DNA of 64,000 nucleotides from Acidobacteriota bacterium (lineage in GTDB: Bacteria; Acidobacteriota; Vicinamibacteria; Vicinamibacterales; UBA2999): contig JACPCS010000104.1 of the NCBI GenBank assembly GCA_016184455.1, forward strand, positions 13,608-77,607, written 5' to 3'. Below, piece by piece: positions 34,117 through 43,913 of this stretch (position 1 is the first letter of the stretch; every line of letters begins with the position of its first letter). Both the position numbers and the translations under genes were made by a program. The notes beneath the pieces were generated by a model. The model did no database searches and was not told where the DNA came from. It saw nothing but the letters and a program-made list of their open reading frames with translations.

Positions 34117-36920
34117 AGCCCGCCTCCCTGGAGCGCGACGCTCTCATGGTCGTGAATCGGCTGCCGCTCGTTGTTGTCCTCGGGGCTGAGGCTGCGGCGG
34201 CGTGCGGTGATCACCTGCGCCGCCTCATCGGCCTTGAAGCGCTGGAACAGCTGCGCCGAGCGCTCGGCCTTCGTCATATCGCCGACTGCGCGGTAGCACA
34301 GCATCATCGTGTAGTGCATCTGCACGTCCTCCGGATCGATGCGGGCCACGCGCTCGAGCACGACGAGCGCGTCGGCGAACCGTCGCGTGAGGAACAGGAT
34401 CCGCGCGAGCTGGTTGAGGACGACGCGGTCGCGCGGGTATTGCGCGAGCACCCGCTCCAGCGACACCAGGGCGCCGTCATAGTCGCCCTCCGCCTTCTGG
34501 ACCAGCGCCCGAAAATAGTGGATCCGCCCGAGGCTGTCGTCGACGCGCTGCGCCTCGTCGAGGAAGGGCTTGGCCGCGTCGGTCTGTCCCTCCTGGATCA
34601 ACGCGCGCGCCACGTTCAGCCATCCATCGGCGTACGACGGCTCGATCTGCGTGACCCGCCGGAACGCGTACTCCGCGCCTTTCAGATCGCCCTGCAGGAG
34701 AAGGCCAATCCCCCAGTCGTTCCATCGCTCGCGGTCGGCCGCCGACAGGACCGGCGCCCATCGCGGCTCTGCCGCCGCGTCACCGACCGCCAGCGATGCC
34801 GTCGCCTCGGCCAGCGTCATGATCGGCAGCGTTGGAATGCTGCCCTTGATCCGACCGGACACGTTGGCGGGCACGCCGGCCTCGTCGAAGAGGTACTCGA
34901 GGCTGTTGAACGACCTCGACAGCAGCGCGGGCGACTGGCCGGGCTTCGGCCGCCCGGCATAGGCAAATTGCGTGTAGTAGTGGGAGAACTTCCGGTGATT
35001 GAGCTTCGCCTTCAGCGTGATCGGCCCCTTCGCGTTCTCCGGGATGCGAAGCCGGAAGTGCGCCACGTCGGCTGCGCCGGGCGGAATGAGGCGGGTGTAC
35101 AGAAGGCTGCGTGCCTGCCACGCGTTCCGCTTGTTGATCGGATTGCCTTGCGCGTCGAGTAGGAACGAGCGGTAGAAATGGGCGCCGGACTCGACCGGAC
35201 CGCGGCCGTCGTCTTCGACGCTGCCGCTCCAGAAGATCACGCGACCGTCGGCGTCCTGCGCCTGCAGCTCGAGCCACACGTCGAACGCGTCGACGGTGCC
35301 GCCCGGGAAGAAGTGACCGATCCTGCGCGTGCGCACGACGACGTCGACGCGCACCGTGCTGCCGCGCACCACCGCGGGCGCGGCGCGATCGATCGGCGCG
35401 GCCACGCGCCCGACGTCGCGAATGAACGCCGGGGCGAGCTGCTCCGCCTCCTCCCCGACAGCGAAGGTCGTCATGGCCGTGGGCGCCTCGCCGGCCCGGC
35501 GAATCATCGGCGTTCCGGTCTCCTCGGCCGGCGTCACGGCAAAGATGTCTACCGACACGAAACCCGACTGGAGAAAGGCCGTGGTCGTCTCCAGCTGCTG
35601 CCGATCGTGATTGACGAACGGTACCGCCGTGTTCGCGCCCGGGAACCGGTGCGACCGCACCGTGCCGTCGCGTGCCGCCGGATCGGTGGAAGCCACGAGG
35701 GGCATGTGGCAGTCGCGGCAGGTCGAGGTGGTGGCGGGGTAGTAGAAGGACCGGGCCCCCTCACCCGACACGCCGCTGGCCTGCCAGGCGTCGTAGTCAT
35801 TGAACCCGCGAATCCACCGGTATTCGTTCACTGGCACGTCGAGGTGCACCTTGTGACAGGTCGAGCAGTACGCCGCGGAGTCTTCGCGCATGAACGGCTT
35901 CATGAAAGACCGGCGATGCGGCTGCGGATCGAGATAGGTGAACCACTTGCTCACCGAGCGAATCAGAGGATTGCGGCTCGTCGCCAGCTCGTGCAGTGGT
36001 GGGTACTCGATTGTGAAGCCGCCGTTCCCCATCGTGCTGTCGACGTGCACGATCGAGTGACACGACGTGCACGCGAGGCCTGCATGTGCCTCGGGCGTGT
36101 CGATCTGTTCGAGGATGGGCCGCTCGAACCGGCCGTTGAAGAACACGGCGTGGTCGTGGCACCCCGCGCACCACTTGCTCGGTTGCGTGCCGACGACCTC
36201 CTGCATGTACTCGATCGATTTCCGGTAGAACTGGTTGTTCAACGACGCAAAGCGGTGCATCGAACTGCTCCACTGCTCGTAGATGTCGCGATGGCACTCG
36301 CCGCAGGCTGCCGAGTCCATGAAGAAGTTCGACGGGATCGTGCCGCCGACGTTCGTCCGGGCGGACGAGGGGAAGAACGGCGATGAGGGCCCGCCTCCTT
36401 CCTGGTGCATCGACAGCGGCGGCACGTCCGGATTCACGACGCGATCGGCGGAGTTCGGCCGCAGGCGGGCGTCGGCGGCGATGGCCGCCGGCAGCATGAC
36501 GAGCGCCGTGCACGCCACCGTCATCGCGTCGCGGAAGCGGAGCCAGCGTCCCGCGGCACTCTTCGCCTGCCGCCACGTGACGACGAGCAGGGCTACTGTC
36601 CCTGCGGCCGCTGTCGCCATGTGGGCCCAGAACGCGAACTGCTGGTCGCTCGTGTTCCCGCGCACCGCCAGATAGAGCCCAAGCGCCACGCCAGGCGCCA
36701 GCAGCGCGGCTGCCGGCGCGAGCATCCGGCGCAGCGCCGGATACCAGAGAAGCACGGCGACCAGCGCCAGGCTCAGGAGCACTCCCCCGCCGACATGCGC
36801 GAGCACGGCAGCGACGTACACTAACGTGGGGTCGGCGGCCGCCGCGACGTACGCCGTATTGACGACATACAGCACGAACGCCGCGCCGGCGAGCGCAGGG
36901 AAACGGCTCTTCATCGGCAC
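34113..36920 (-). CDS. Membrane-anchored pentaheme c-type cytochrome fused to a TPR domain
   Basis: The N-terminus has 4-5 hydrophobic helices. Five CXXCH motifs are present (CGECH, CAGCH, CTSCH, CSTCH, CRDCH). The C-terminal third is TPR-like (AEYAFRRVTQIEPSYADGWLNVARALIQEG...). Confidence 0.8.
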   Translation of the reverse strand: MPMKSRFPALAGAAFVLYVVNTAYVAAAADPTLVYVAAVLAHVGGGVLLSLALVAVLLWYPALRRMLAPAAALLAPGVALGLYLAVRGNTSDQQFAFWAHMATAAAGTVALLVVTWRQAKSAAGRWLRFRDAMTVACTALVMLPAAIAADARLRPNSADRVVNPDVPPLSMHQEGGGPSSPFFPSSARTNVGGTIPSNFFMDSAACGECHRDIYEQWSSSMHRFASLNNQFYRKSIEYMQEVVGTQPSKWCAGCHDHAVFFNGRFERPILEQIDTPEAHAGLACTSCHSIVHVDSTMGNGGFTIEYPPLHELATSRNPLIRSVSKWFTYLDPQPHRRSFMKPFMREDSAAYCSTCHKVHLDVPVNEYRWIRGFNDYDAWQASGVSGEGARSFYYPATTSTCRDCHMPLVASTDPAARDGTVRSHRFPGANTAVPFVNHDRQQLETTTAFLQSGFVSVDIFAVTPAEETGTPMIRRAGEAPTAMTTFAVGEEAEQLAPAFIRDVGRVAAPIDRAAPAVVRGSTVRVDVVVRTRRIGHFFPGGTVDAFDVWLELQAQDADGRVIFWSGSVEDDGRGPVESGAHFYRSFLLDAQGNPINKRNAWQARSLLYTRLIPPGAADVAHFRLRIPENAKGPITLKAKLNHRKFSHYYTQFAYAGRPKPGQSPALLSRSFNSLEYLFDEAGVPANVSGRIKGSIPTLPIMTLAEATASLAVGDAAAEPRWAPVLSAADRERWNDWGIGLLLQGDLKGAEYAFRRVTQIEPSYADGWLNVARALIQEGQTDAAKPFLDEAQRVDDSLGRIHYFRALVQKAEGDYDGALVSLERVLAQYPRDRVVLNQLARILFLTRRFADALVVLERVARIDPEDVQMHYTMMLCYRAVGDMTKAERSAQLFQRFKADEAAQVITARRRSLSPEDNNERQPIHDHESVALQGGGL

Positions 36921-36924
36921 CTCC

Positions 36925-37653
36925 TCACGTCAGGTCCGCGCGCGCGGGGCCACCGGCAAGGCGGCCGTCGCAGAAAAAGCGCGATCCATGGCACGGGCAG
37001 TTCCACATCTTCTCGACCGAGTTCCACTGGACGATGCAGCCAAGGTGAGGACAGACGGCTGATCGCTGGTGCAGCGTGCCGGCGATCGTGCCGTGCGTCA
37101 TTCCCTGGCCGGAGTCGCCGGTGGCGACGTACAACTGCTTGAAATGAATCTGCAGGTTCTCGTGCACGGGCGTGTTGGTGGCGAACACCACCGCCGACGC
37201 GCGGACGACGCAGCCATCGGTCGTCTCCACGCGCGGATGCGATCCACCGCAGACCATCGACACGTGCGTGCCGGTGTGCAGGCGCCCGCGACACCCAGCT
37301 CACCTCCATGCCCGCGCGGCGCGCGGCATCGAACTCGTCCTCGAGCGCGCGTCGATCACCAGCGGGTGGCACGAACAGGTACCCATGGTCGCGAGGCGGT
37401 CGTCCATCAAGTTCGAGAGATGCGCGGTCGTCCGGCCGGTCTCGCCGCCTCCGGCGTGCGCGCGATCGAGCAGGACGACCGACGCGCCCTCACGGCTCAG
37501 CAGGTACGCGGTGGTCACGCCGGCGATGCCGGCCCCGACGACGCACACGTCGGCATCCACGTTGCCGGCCAGCGACGTGCGCACGACTGGCAACACGTCG
37601 TCGTGCCACGGCGTCGTTCGTGGCGCGCACGGGCCGCCCGGTGCACGCGTCAT
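36925..37653 (-). pseudogene. FAD-dependent oxidoreductase/Rieske [2Fe-2S] fusion, collapsed by deletions and frameshifts
   Basis: Frame a has the FAD site DVCVVGAGIAGVTTAYLL...GRTTAHLSN. Frame b has ALEDEFDAARRAGMEVSWV. Frame c has VVFATNTP..LYVATGDSGQGMTHG..CPHLGC...CPCHGSRF. About 230 codons remain, whereas I expect ~500 for this architecture. Confidence 0.6.
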
Positions 37654-40600
37654 CGAGGTTCCCTTCCTTCGACGAGAGAACGGAGAAAGCGGAGCGCAGG
37701 ACGCGTGTTGTAGCGCCGGGCGTCATCGGCGCGCGGGAATCGCTCGTCCGAGCCGTACGGATAGTCGGTCATCGCGCGAAACGGCAGCGGCTCGACGCTC
37801 TGCGAGAACGCAGTGTTGGCGTCGCCGTCCTTCGCGTACCCCTCGACGCGCAGCAGGAAGTCGCGGCGCCACCCGGCGGCGAGCGGCGGCAGCCGCCGCA
37901 TGTGGAAGCGCACGCGGATCTCGTCGCCCGACCCCATCACGACGAGCTGGTCGTCAGCGGTCCGCAGCAGCGGCATGACGTCGCCAAAGCGCGTGTACAA
38001 CCCCGGCGTGGGATTCCACATCGAGACCGGCTGCACCTGGTGGTAATCGAACTCCTCCGGCTGCATGCGCGCCGGATCGGCAATCAGCTTCGAGAAGCCG
38101 TGGAACGCGAGCTCGGCCGACGCCATGTCGAGGGGCGTGAGGCGCACCTCGGGCGGTGCGGTGTGCGTGCTGAGGTAGATCTGGTCCCAGTACACGCACA
38201 CGGTGGTGACGATCCGCACCTCGCGCGAGGCGGAGAGGAACTTGCCCGTCAGATCCACGGCAATGGTCTTGGTCTTGCCGGCCGGCAGACCCATGTCTTC
38301 GATGACCGTCTGCCACTCTCCCCGCCCGTCCTTGACCTGGAGCGAAGGCGCGGCGAGCCCGCCGGACCGCTCCTGCGCCAGGCGGCGGAACGTGCTGCCG
38401 TCGGCCCAGTCGACCCAGCCGGTAAGGATCAGCACGGCGCGGGTGTCGGACGCAGCGCTGCCGAAGTCGAGATCGAGGTAATGCCGCTCGGCCACACCCT
38501 CGAAATCGCGCTGGAAGCCGTTCACGTAGCGGCGATCCGCGCGCAGCAGCCGCTCGAGCACGTCGGCGCCCCGATGGTCGCGAGCCGCCTGCGGCGGAAT
38601 GGCACGCTCCACGCCGAACAGCCGGAAGTCGGGAAAGGGCGGCGCCTTGAACTTGTCGTTCGTGACGATCGTCACGCCCGCGGGGTAATCGAGTGCCACG
38701 AGCTGCAGGCGATCGATGTAGGCCACTTCGCGCAGCTCCTCCGTGACGCGAATCTCGTAGTGCCCATCGACCGGCGCGAGCGCCTCGCCGGGAATGTGGA
38801 CGTCCTCGTCGCGATCCACCGCGAAGTACTCGCCGTCGCCCGCGCTGGCGCCGAGCGGCGCCACACCGAGCACGTCGGTGATGAAGCGGAACTTCGTGCC
38901 GTCCCATGTGAATACCATGGGACATGACCCGGACAGGCGCGGCGCTTCCTTGAATCGCGCCGAACGGCCGACCGGCTGGCGCGGCTCGTTCTGGATGAGG
39001 CCATTCGGCCAGGTGATGCGAATGGTGTCGATTGATTCGTGGGCGCCGAGGCCGAAGAGTATCGGCACACCCGCATACAGCGCCTTCTGGTAACGCGACC
39101 CCGCCTTGACCTCCACCTCGGCGCCGGGCGCAACTTTGAGATTCTTGACGCCTTCGAGCGCAACGCGCACCCAGCGTCCGCTGCTTGCGCTCGTGTTTGC
39201 GCGAAGCCGGACGGCGCCGGACGCATCGACGTCGAGAAGGTCGGTTCGGCCATCCCCGTTGAAATCGGCCGCAAGCCGCGCCACGGCGGGCGGCCCCAGC
39301 GCCGCGTCGCGGACGCCGTCCGGTGTCCAGCGCAGGAGTCGATCGCCGGCAATCAGATCGACGACGCCGGTGTTGAGAAAGTCCGCCACCGCAAGCCCGC
39401 CGCCCTGCCGCGCGCCGAGCGGCAGCGGGGCGAGCCGGCCATGACCATTGAGCAGGACGAACGGCCCCGCCGTGCCCTCCCCGGCGATATCCATCCAGCT
39501 GTCGTGGTTGAAGTCGAGCGTGCGAAGCGCCCGCGCGCCCGAGGGCAGCACGTCGAGCGGCACGGCCTCGTACCTGCCGGCGAGGCGATCCCGATAGAGC
39601 ACGCCGGGGCGATCCGCGTAGCTGACCACGAGATCGAAGCCGATGGTGTCGGCCACGACCTCGAATGGCGTCACGTCGATGGCCCGGCCCTCCACGAACG
39701 GGAATTCGGTCGTGGCGTCGACGAACCCCGCCTCGCCCGCGTTGCGCAGCAGGTAACTACGCGCGCCGAGCAGAAGCAGATCCAGGTCGTAGTCGTGATC
39801 GTGGTCGAACCAGAACGCGCGCGTGAACGAGCCCTGTGGCAGCGCCGCGGGACGCGGCGTGAACGAGCGCTGTCCGGTGCCGCGCCGCAGGCTCACGCCC
39901 GTGTGTGTCACGACGGCCAGATCGAGCGTCCCGTCGTTATCGAAATCGCCCGGCGCGACGGATGCGACATCGCGGAGGTGCTCGACGCCGGCGGAGTCGA
40001 TGGGTGTATCGCCGCCGGCGATGAGTCGCATTCCCCTGCTCGACCAGGCGACCACGTCGGGCCGCTCGTCGCCGTCGGCCGCGAGGAGAGCCAAGCCGGC
40101 AGTGGCCGCATCGAGGCCGTCGAGCAGCTTGCTCTCGTCGAACGATGGGGCCACCGGCGCCGGCGACGGCTCGCGATCGGCGGGATCGATCGGGTCCCAG
40201 ATCTCCGAGAAGAAGCTCCACTCGAGATCCTCGGGGATGACGGCGCCTTCCTGCTGTTTCTTCAACGTGCGGAAGATCGCAAGCTCGCGGTTGGCGTCGT
40301 CGATCCGCCCGACGCCCGGATCGCGATAGGCGTTGTAGAGCTGGAAATGGGGGCCCGCAAGATGCGGGGCCAGACGGGCGGCGGTCTCGAAATGCCGGAG
40401 CGCGTCCGCGGCGCGTCCGCTCGCCTTGTAGAGCGACCCGAGGTTGTAGTGGGAGATCGGCTCGTCTGGAACGAGCGCGATCATCTTCTCGAACTGCGCG
40501 ATCGCGAGCGCCGTCGCCTCTGACGTTCCGCGCTTCTTGTACTGGATGCCGAGGTTGAACCAGGTGTGAGGGACGATCGGGTCCTGCCGCTGGACGCGTT

Positions 40601-40868
40601 CGAGCTCCGCGATCCCGCCGTCGGTCTTGCCCGCGCGCAGCAGCGCCAGTCCGTAGTTCAGCCGCTCACGCGCGGAGCCGGGCGCGAGCGCGAGCGCCTT
40701 GGCAAACTCCTCCACCGCCTGGTACTGCGTGGTCGGGTTCTCGTAGAACGCCTTGCCCAGATTCCGGTGCGCCCACAGCTGCTCCTCGTCGGCCGCCATC
40801 GGGCGGACGCCGATCGCGGCCAGCACGGCCAGGAGCACGAGCGCGGCGCGCCGACCGCGGCTCGTCAT
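37650..40868 (-). CDS. 1072-aa TPR / FG-GAP(VCBS) / ASPIC-like secreted protein with a large C-terminal domain
   Basis: It has a signal peptide (RRAALVLLAVLAAIGVRPMAA) followed by TPR units. FG-GAP-like GDFDNDGTLDL and ADFNGDGRTDL follow. ITWPNGLIQN is ASPIC-like. It has ATGA overlaps at both ends. Confidence 0.75.
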   Translation of the reverse strand: MTSRGRRAALVLLAVLAAIGVRPMAADEEQLWAHRNLGKAFYENPTTQYQAVEEFAKALALAPGSARERLNYGLALLRAGKTDGGIAELERVQRQDPIVPHTWFNLGIQYKKRGTSEATALAIAQFEKMIALVPDEPISHYNLGSLYKASGRAADALRHFETAARLAPHLAGPHFQLYNAYRDPGVGRIDDANRELAIFRTLKKQQEGAVIPEDLEWSFFSEIWDPIDPADREPSPAPVAPSFDESKLLDGLDAATAGLALLAADGDERPDVVAWSSRGMRLIAGGDTPIDSAGVEHLRDVASVAPGDFDNDGTLDLAVVTHTGVSLRRGTGQRSFTPRPAALPQGSFTRAFWFDHDHDYDLDLLLLGARSYLLRNAGEAGFVDATTEFPFVEGRAIDVTPFEVVADTIGFDLVVSYADRPGVLYRDRLAGRYEAVPLDVLPSGARALRTLDFNHDSWMDIAGEGTAGPFVLLNGHGRLAPLPLGARQGGGLAVADFLNTGVVDLIAGDRLLRWTPDGVRDAALGPPAVARLAADFNGDGRTDLLDVDASGAVRLRANTSASSGRWVRVALEGVKNLKVAPGAEVEVKAGSRYQKALYAGVPILFGLGAHESIDTIRITWPNGLIQNEPRQPVGRSARFKEAPRLSGSCPMVFTWDGTKFRFITDVLGVAPLGASAGDGEYFAVDRDEDVHIPGEALAPVDGHYEIRVTEELREVAYIDRLQLVALDYPAGVTIVTNDKFKAPPFPDFRLFGVERAIPPQAARDHRGADVLERLLRADRRYVNGFQRDFEGVAERHYLDLDFGSAASDTRAVLILTGWVDWADGSTFRRLAQERSGGLAAPSLQVKDGRGEWQTVIEDMGLPAGKTKTIAVDLTGKFLSASREVRIVTTVCVYWDQIYLSTHTAPPEVRLTPLDMASAELAFHGFSKLIADPARMQPEEFDYHQVQPVSMWNPTPGLYTRFGDVMPLLRTADDQLVVMGSGDEIRVRFHMRRLPPLAAGWRRDFLLRVEGYAKDGDANTAFSQSVEPLPFRAMTDYPYGSDERFPRADDARRYNTRPALRFLRSLVEGREPR

Positions 40869-42571
40869 CGCGCCCTCGCCGCCTCGCCCTGGCGGATGCG
40901 CGTCAGCCGGTTGACCTGCACGTCGAACTGCTCGACCTGCCCGTCGGGCCATCGAATCGTGAGCGAATCGACCCGGGTGGCGTCGCCGATGCCGACGTGC
41001 ACGCGCTCGGTGCTCTGGCCGGCGTAGCCATTCCCGCCGTCGACCTCGCGGATCTGCGTGCGGCCTGCGGCCGTGAGCGTCACGCGCGCTCCCACCGCGT
41101 CGCGTGGGGACCGCCCGGTCAGGGCGAGCTGGACCCAGTTGCCGGGGCGGGGCGCGAGACCGCGATAGAGCAGCGCCGGCTGGTTGGCGCTGGTCTGATA
41201 CAGGTCCAGCCGGCCGTCGTTGTCGAAGTCGGCGATGGCCACACCGCGGCCGTCCAGGTCGTTGTCGACGCCGGCCTCCGCCGCCATCTCCCTGAAGGTG
41301 TGGTCGCCCAGGTTGCGGTGGAGCTTCTTGCGCTGGTAGCCGCTCCACGTCATGTTGCCGATCGCGGGCCAGTTGCGCAGGTCGCTGAAGTCGACGCCCG
41401 GCGCCGTGATCATCTTCACGAGCACCGGGATGTAGTTGTCGGGGCCGGCCGAGCGCAGCCCGTTCGTCACGAACAAATCGAGCCAGCCGTCGTTGTCGAA
41501 GTCGGCGAACTTCGCGCCCCAGCCCCACAGCGTGTCGCACGTGCCGGTCTCTCGCGACAGGTCGGTGAACGTGCCGTCGCCGTTGTTGTGCCAGAGCATG
41601 GCGCACTCTTTCATGTACTCGTCGTGAATGTTCGTCGTGTAGATGTCGAGCCAGCCGTCGTTGTCGTAGTCGGCCACCTCGACGTTCATCCCCTTCTTCG
41701 TGTCGAACCCGATTGCGGTCGCCGTCACGTCGCGAAAGCGGCCGCCGCCCTGGTTCATGAACAGCCGGTCGGTGCCGTAGTCGTTCGCCAGGTACACGTC
41801 CTGGAGGCCGTCGTTGTTGAAGTCGCCGTGGCCCACGTCCAGGGTCCAGCCGGTGTGTTCGCCCAAGCCGGCTGCGCGCGTGACGTCGACGAAGCGGCCG
41901 CCGCCGGCGTTGCGCCACAGCGCGACGCCACCGCCGTTCGACGCGCTGTCGAGATCGTGCGGGAGCACTTTCGTCGTAGGCAGATCGATCAGGTTGATCG
42001 GCGCGAAGTAGTGGCCGAGGAGGAGGTCGAGCCGGCCGTCGTTGTCGTAGTCGAGCGCGATGGCGGCAATGCTGTTGGCGAACGTGGTCAGCCCCGATGC
42101 GGCGGACACGTCGATGAACCGCCCGTTGCCCTGGTTGCGGTACAGGATCGGCGTGCCGAAGCGCACCACGAGCAGGTCGCACCAGCCGTCGTTGTCATAG
42201 TCGAACCAGAGCGCGTCGGCCACGATCGATTTGGCGTCGTTGCCGCCCCCGACGCCCGCGCGGTCGGTCACGTCGGTGAACTTCAGGCCGCCGTCGTTGT
42301 GGAACAGCCGGTTGCGCGAGCCACGCTCCGAGCTCGTGACGAACAGGTCGTCGAGGCCATCGTTGTCGAAGTCCGCCACGGCCGCGGACGCACCGCCCGT
42401 CGTGAACATCCTCAGCGTGTCGGCATACGGGCCGTCGAACGTGCGCGTCTGGTGGGTGGTCCGCACGCCCGCCGCGGCCGCGATCTCCTCGAATCGAATG
42501 GGAGATTGCTCGAGCGTCGGGCCGAGCGGCGCCGCGACGAGGAGTGAACCCGCGACCAGCAGCCGGGTCAC
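40865..42571 (-). CDS. CRTAC1-family protein, copy b
   Basis: Repeats ADFDNDGLDDLF, FDYDNDGWCDLL, LDYDNDGRLDLL, GDFNNDGLQDVY, ADYDNDGWLDIY, ADFDNDGWLDLF. The C-terminal DAVGARVTL...DGGNGYAGQS..IRWPDG is ASPIC/UnbV-like. A GTG start at 42571 overlaps the upstream stop. Confidence 0.8.
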   Translation of the reverse strand: MTRLLVAGSLLVAAPLGPTLEQSPIRFEEIAAAAGVRTTHQTRTFDGPYADTLRMFTTGGASAAVADFDNDGLDDLFVTSSERGSRNRLFHNDGGLKFTDVTDRAGVGGGNDAKSIVADALWFDYDNDGWCDLLVVRFGTPILYRNQGNGRFIDVSAASGLTTFANSIAAIALDYDNDGRLDLLLGHYFAPINLIDLPTTKVLPHDLDSASNGGGVALWRNAGGGRFVDVTRAAGLGEHTGWTLDVGHGDFNNDGLQDVYLANDYGTDRLFMNQGGGRFRDVTATAIGFDTKKGMNVEVADYDNDGWLDIYTTNIHDEYMKECAMLWHNNGDGTFTDLSRETGTCDTLWGWGAKFADFDNDGWLDLFVTNGLRSAGPDNYIPVLVKMITAPGVDFSDLRNWPAIGNMTWSGYQRKKLHRNLGDHTFREMAAEAGVDNDLDGRGVAIADFDNDGRLDLYQTSANQPALLYRGLAPRPGNWVQLALTGRSPRDAVGARVTLTAAGRTQIREVDGGNGYAGQSTERVHVGIGDATRVDSLTIRWPDGQVEQFDVQVNRLTRIRQGEAARAR

Positions 42572-43275
42572 GGCTCGTTCCACAGCGGGCTGAGGTCCGT
42601 ATCGACGCGCCTGGTGGGATCGAACGCCGCGTCGAGCATCACCGCCAGCCGTCCCGCGTCGGCCGTGATCCGGGCGCGGAGCGCCTCGCTCTCGGGAAAC
42701 TGCTTCAGACCCTGTTCCCACGTGGCACGCGCCCGGTCGTACTGCTCCACCTTCCAGTAACCGTCGCCGAGCGCGAGGAAGGTGCGCACGTGGTAGGGCC
42801 GCTTCGGCTCGCGCTGCTGGATGCGCAGCGCCTCTTCGAGGTCGGCGACGCCGAGCGGCGCGCGGCCGAAGATCTTCGGCCAGAAGAGATAGCTGGATCC
42901 GCGCGTGTAGTAGGCAATCCACGACGGCCGCAGCTCGACGGCGCGCGTGAAGGCGCTCAGAGCCGCGCCCGCGAGGACCACCTGCGTGACCGCACCGACG
43001 GTCGGAATCTTGTCCACGTGGGCGAAGCCGTAGCTCAGGTACGCGTTGGCGGCGACGGTGTGGGTCTCCACGAGCCTGGCGAAAAAGCGGAGCGCGCGGT
43101 CGTACTCGCCGGACTCGATGATCGACCGGCGATAGGCATTGGCTAGCTGGAGATTCTCTGGATCGTTTGCAAGGTGGTTCTCCAGCTCCGCCAGTGCGGG
43201 CCCGTCGGCCGCGAGCAGCTGCTGGAAGGCGAGGGTCGTCGCAATGAGCGTAAGAACGAGGCGCGTGCGTTTCAT
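42568..43275 (-). CDS. Secreted TPR-like helical-repeat protein (first gene of the ~16-kb operon)
   Basis: The signal peptide is MKRTRLVLTLIATTLAFQQLLAA. Helical repeat units follow (ANAYRRSIIESGEYDRALRFFARLVE...). Confidence 0.6.
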   Translation of the reverse strand: MKRTRLVLTLIATTLAFQQLLAADGPALAELENHLANDPENLQLANAYRRSIIESGEYDRALRFFARLVETHTVAANAYLSYGFAHVDKIPTVGAVTQVVLAGAALSAFTRAVELRPSWIAYYTRGSSYLFWPKIFGRAPLGVADLEEALRIQQREPKRPYHVRTFLALGDGYWKVEQYDRARATWEQGLKQFPESEALRARITADAGRLAVMLDAAFDPTRRVDTDLSPLWNEP

Positions 43276-43478
43276 GGGACAAACCCTTCGAGGGACGGGA
43301 ACACTGCAGCCGTCGCGCGGACGGCACCCGGTTAGACAGAAACAGCGATGGCGTTTGCGAAGGACCTGTACGCGCGCCGGCGCGCCCTTTGCGCAAGGAA
43401 ATCAGCGGACCGCGAGGAGAGGCGCAAATTGCGGGTCCATGGGTGTCCTACCAGTAATGACCGGCTCGCGGACATGGG

Positions 43479-43877
43479 ATGAGCACTGAGGAAAACGCCC
43501 GTATCGTGAAGACGATCTACGACGCGTTCGGGCGCGGCGACGTGGCGACGATTCTCGATGCCCTCGCCGATCGGTTCGAGTGGCACCACCGCGGCGCGCC
43601 CGCCGTCCCCTGGGGGAAGACCCGCACGACGCCCGAGGAGGTGAGGAGCTTCTTTGGCGAGCTGAACGCGGCCGTGGAGGTGCTGGATCTGCAGGTGCAG
43701 CACTATGTCGCGCAGGGCGACATCGTGGTGGCGCTCGGTACGTTCCGGGGGCGCTCGCGCAAGACCGGGAAGGAGTTCGACGATCCCTGGGCGATGGCGT
43801 GGACGCTCAAGGACGGCAAGGTCACCGGCTACAGGTCCTACGAAGACACCGAGGCGATCGTGTCGGCGCTTCGCTAG
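43479..43877 (+). CDS. SnoaL-like / NTF2-fold protein
   Basis: NARIVKTIYDAFGRGDVATILDALADRFEWHH...WAMAWTLKDGKVTGYRSYEDT shows the typical SnoaL_2 layout. Confidence 0.7.
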   Translation: MSTEENARIVKTIYDAFGRGDVATILDALADRFEWHHRGAPAVPWGKTRTTPEEVRSFFGELNAAVEVLDLQVQHYVAQGDIVVALGTFRGRSRKTGKEFDDPWAMAWTLKDGKVTGYRSYEDTEAIVSALR

Positions 43878-43913
43878 CAGCCCGTGTGCCGTGGACATTA
43901 AGGAACATCGGCG

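Noticed and set aside
43389-43432. TTGCGCAA palindrome and a nearby GCGCAAATTGCG in the divergent intergenic region, considered as an operator
   Set aside because: One site is only an 8-bp palindrome and the other is an imperfect half-match. That is too short to distinguish from chance without comparative data.
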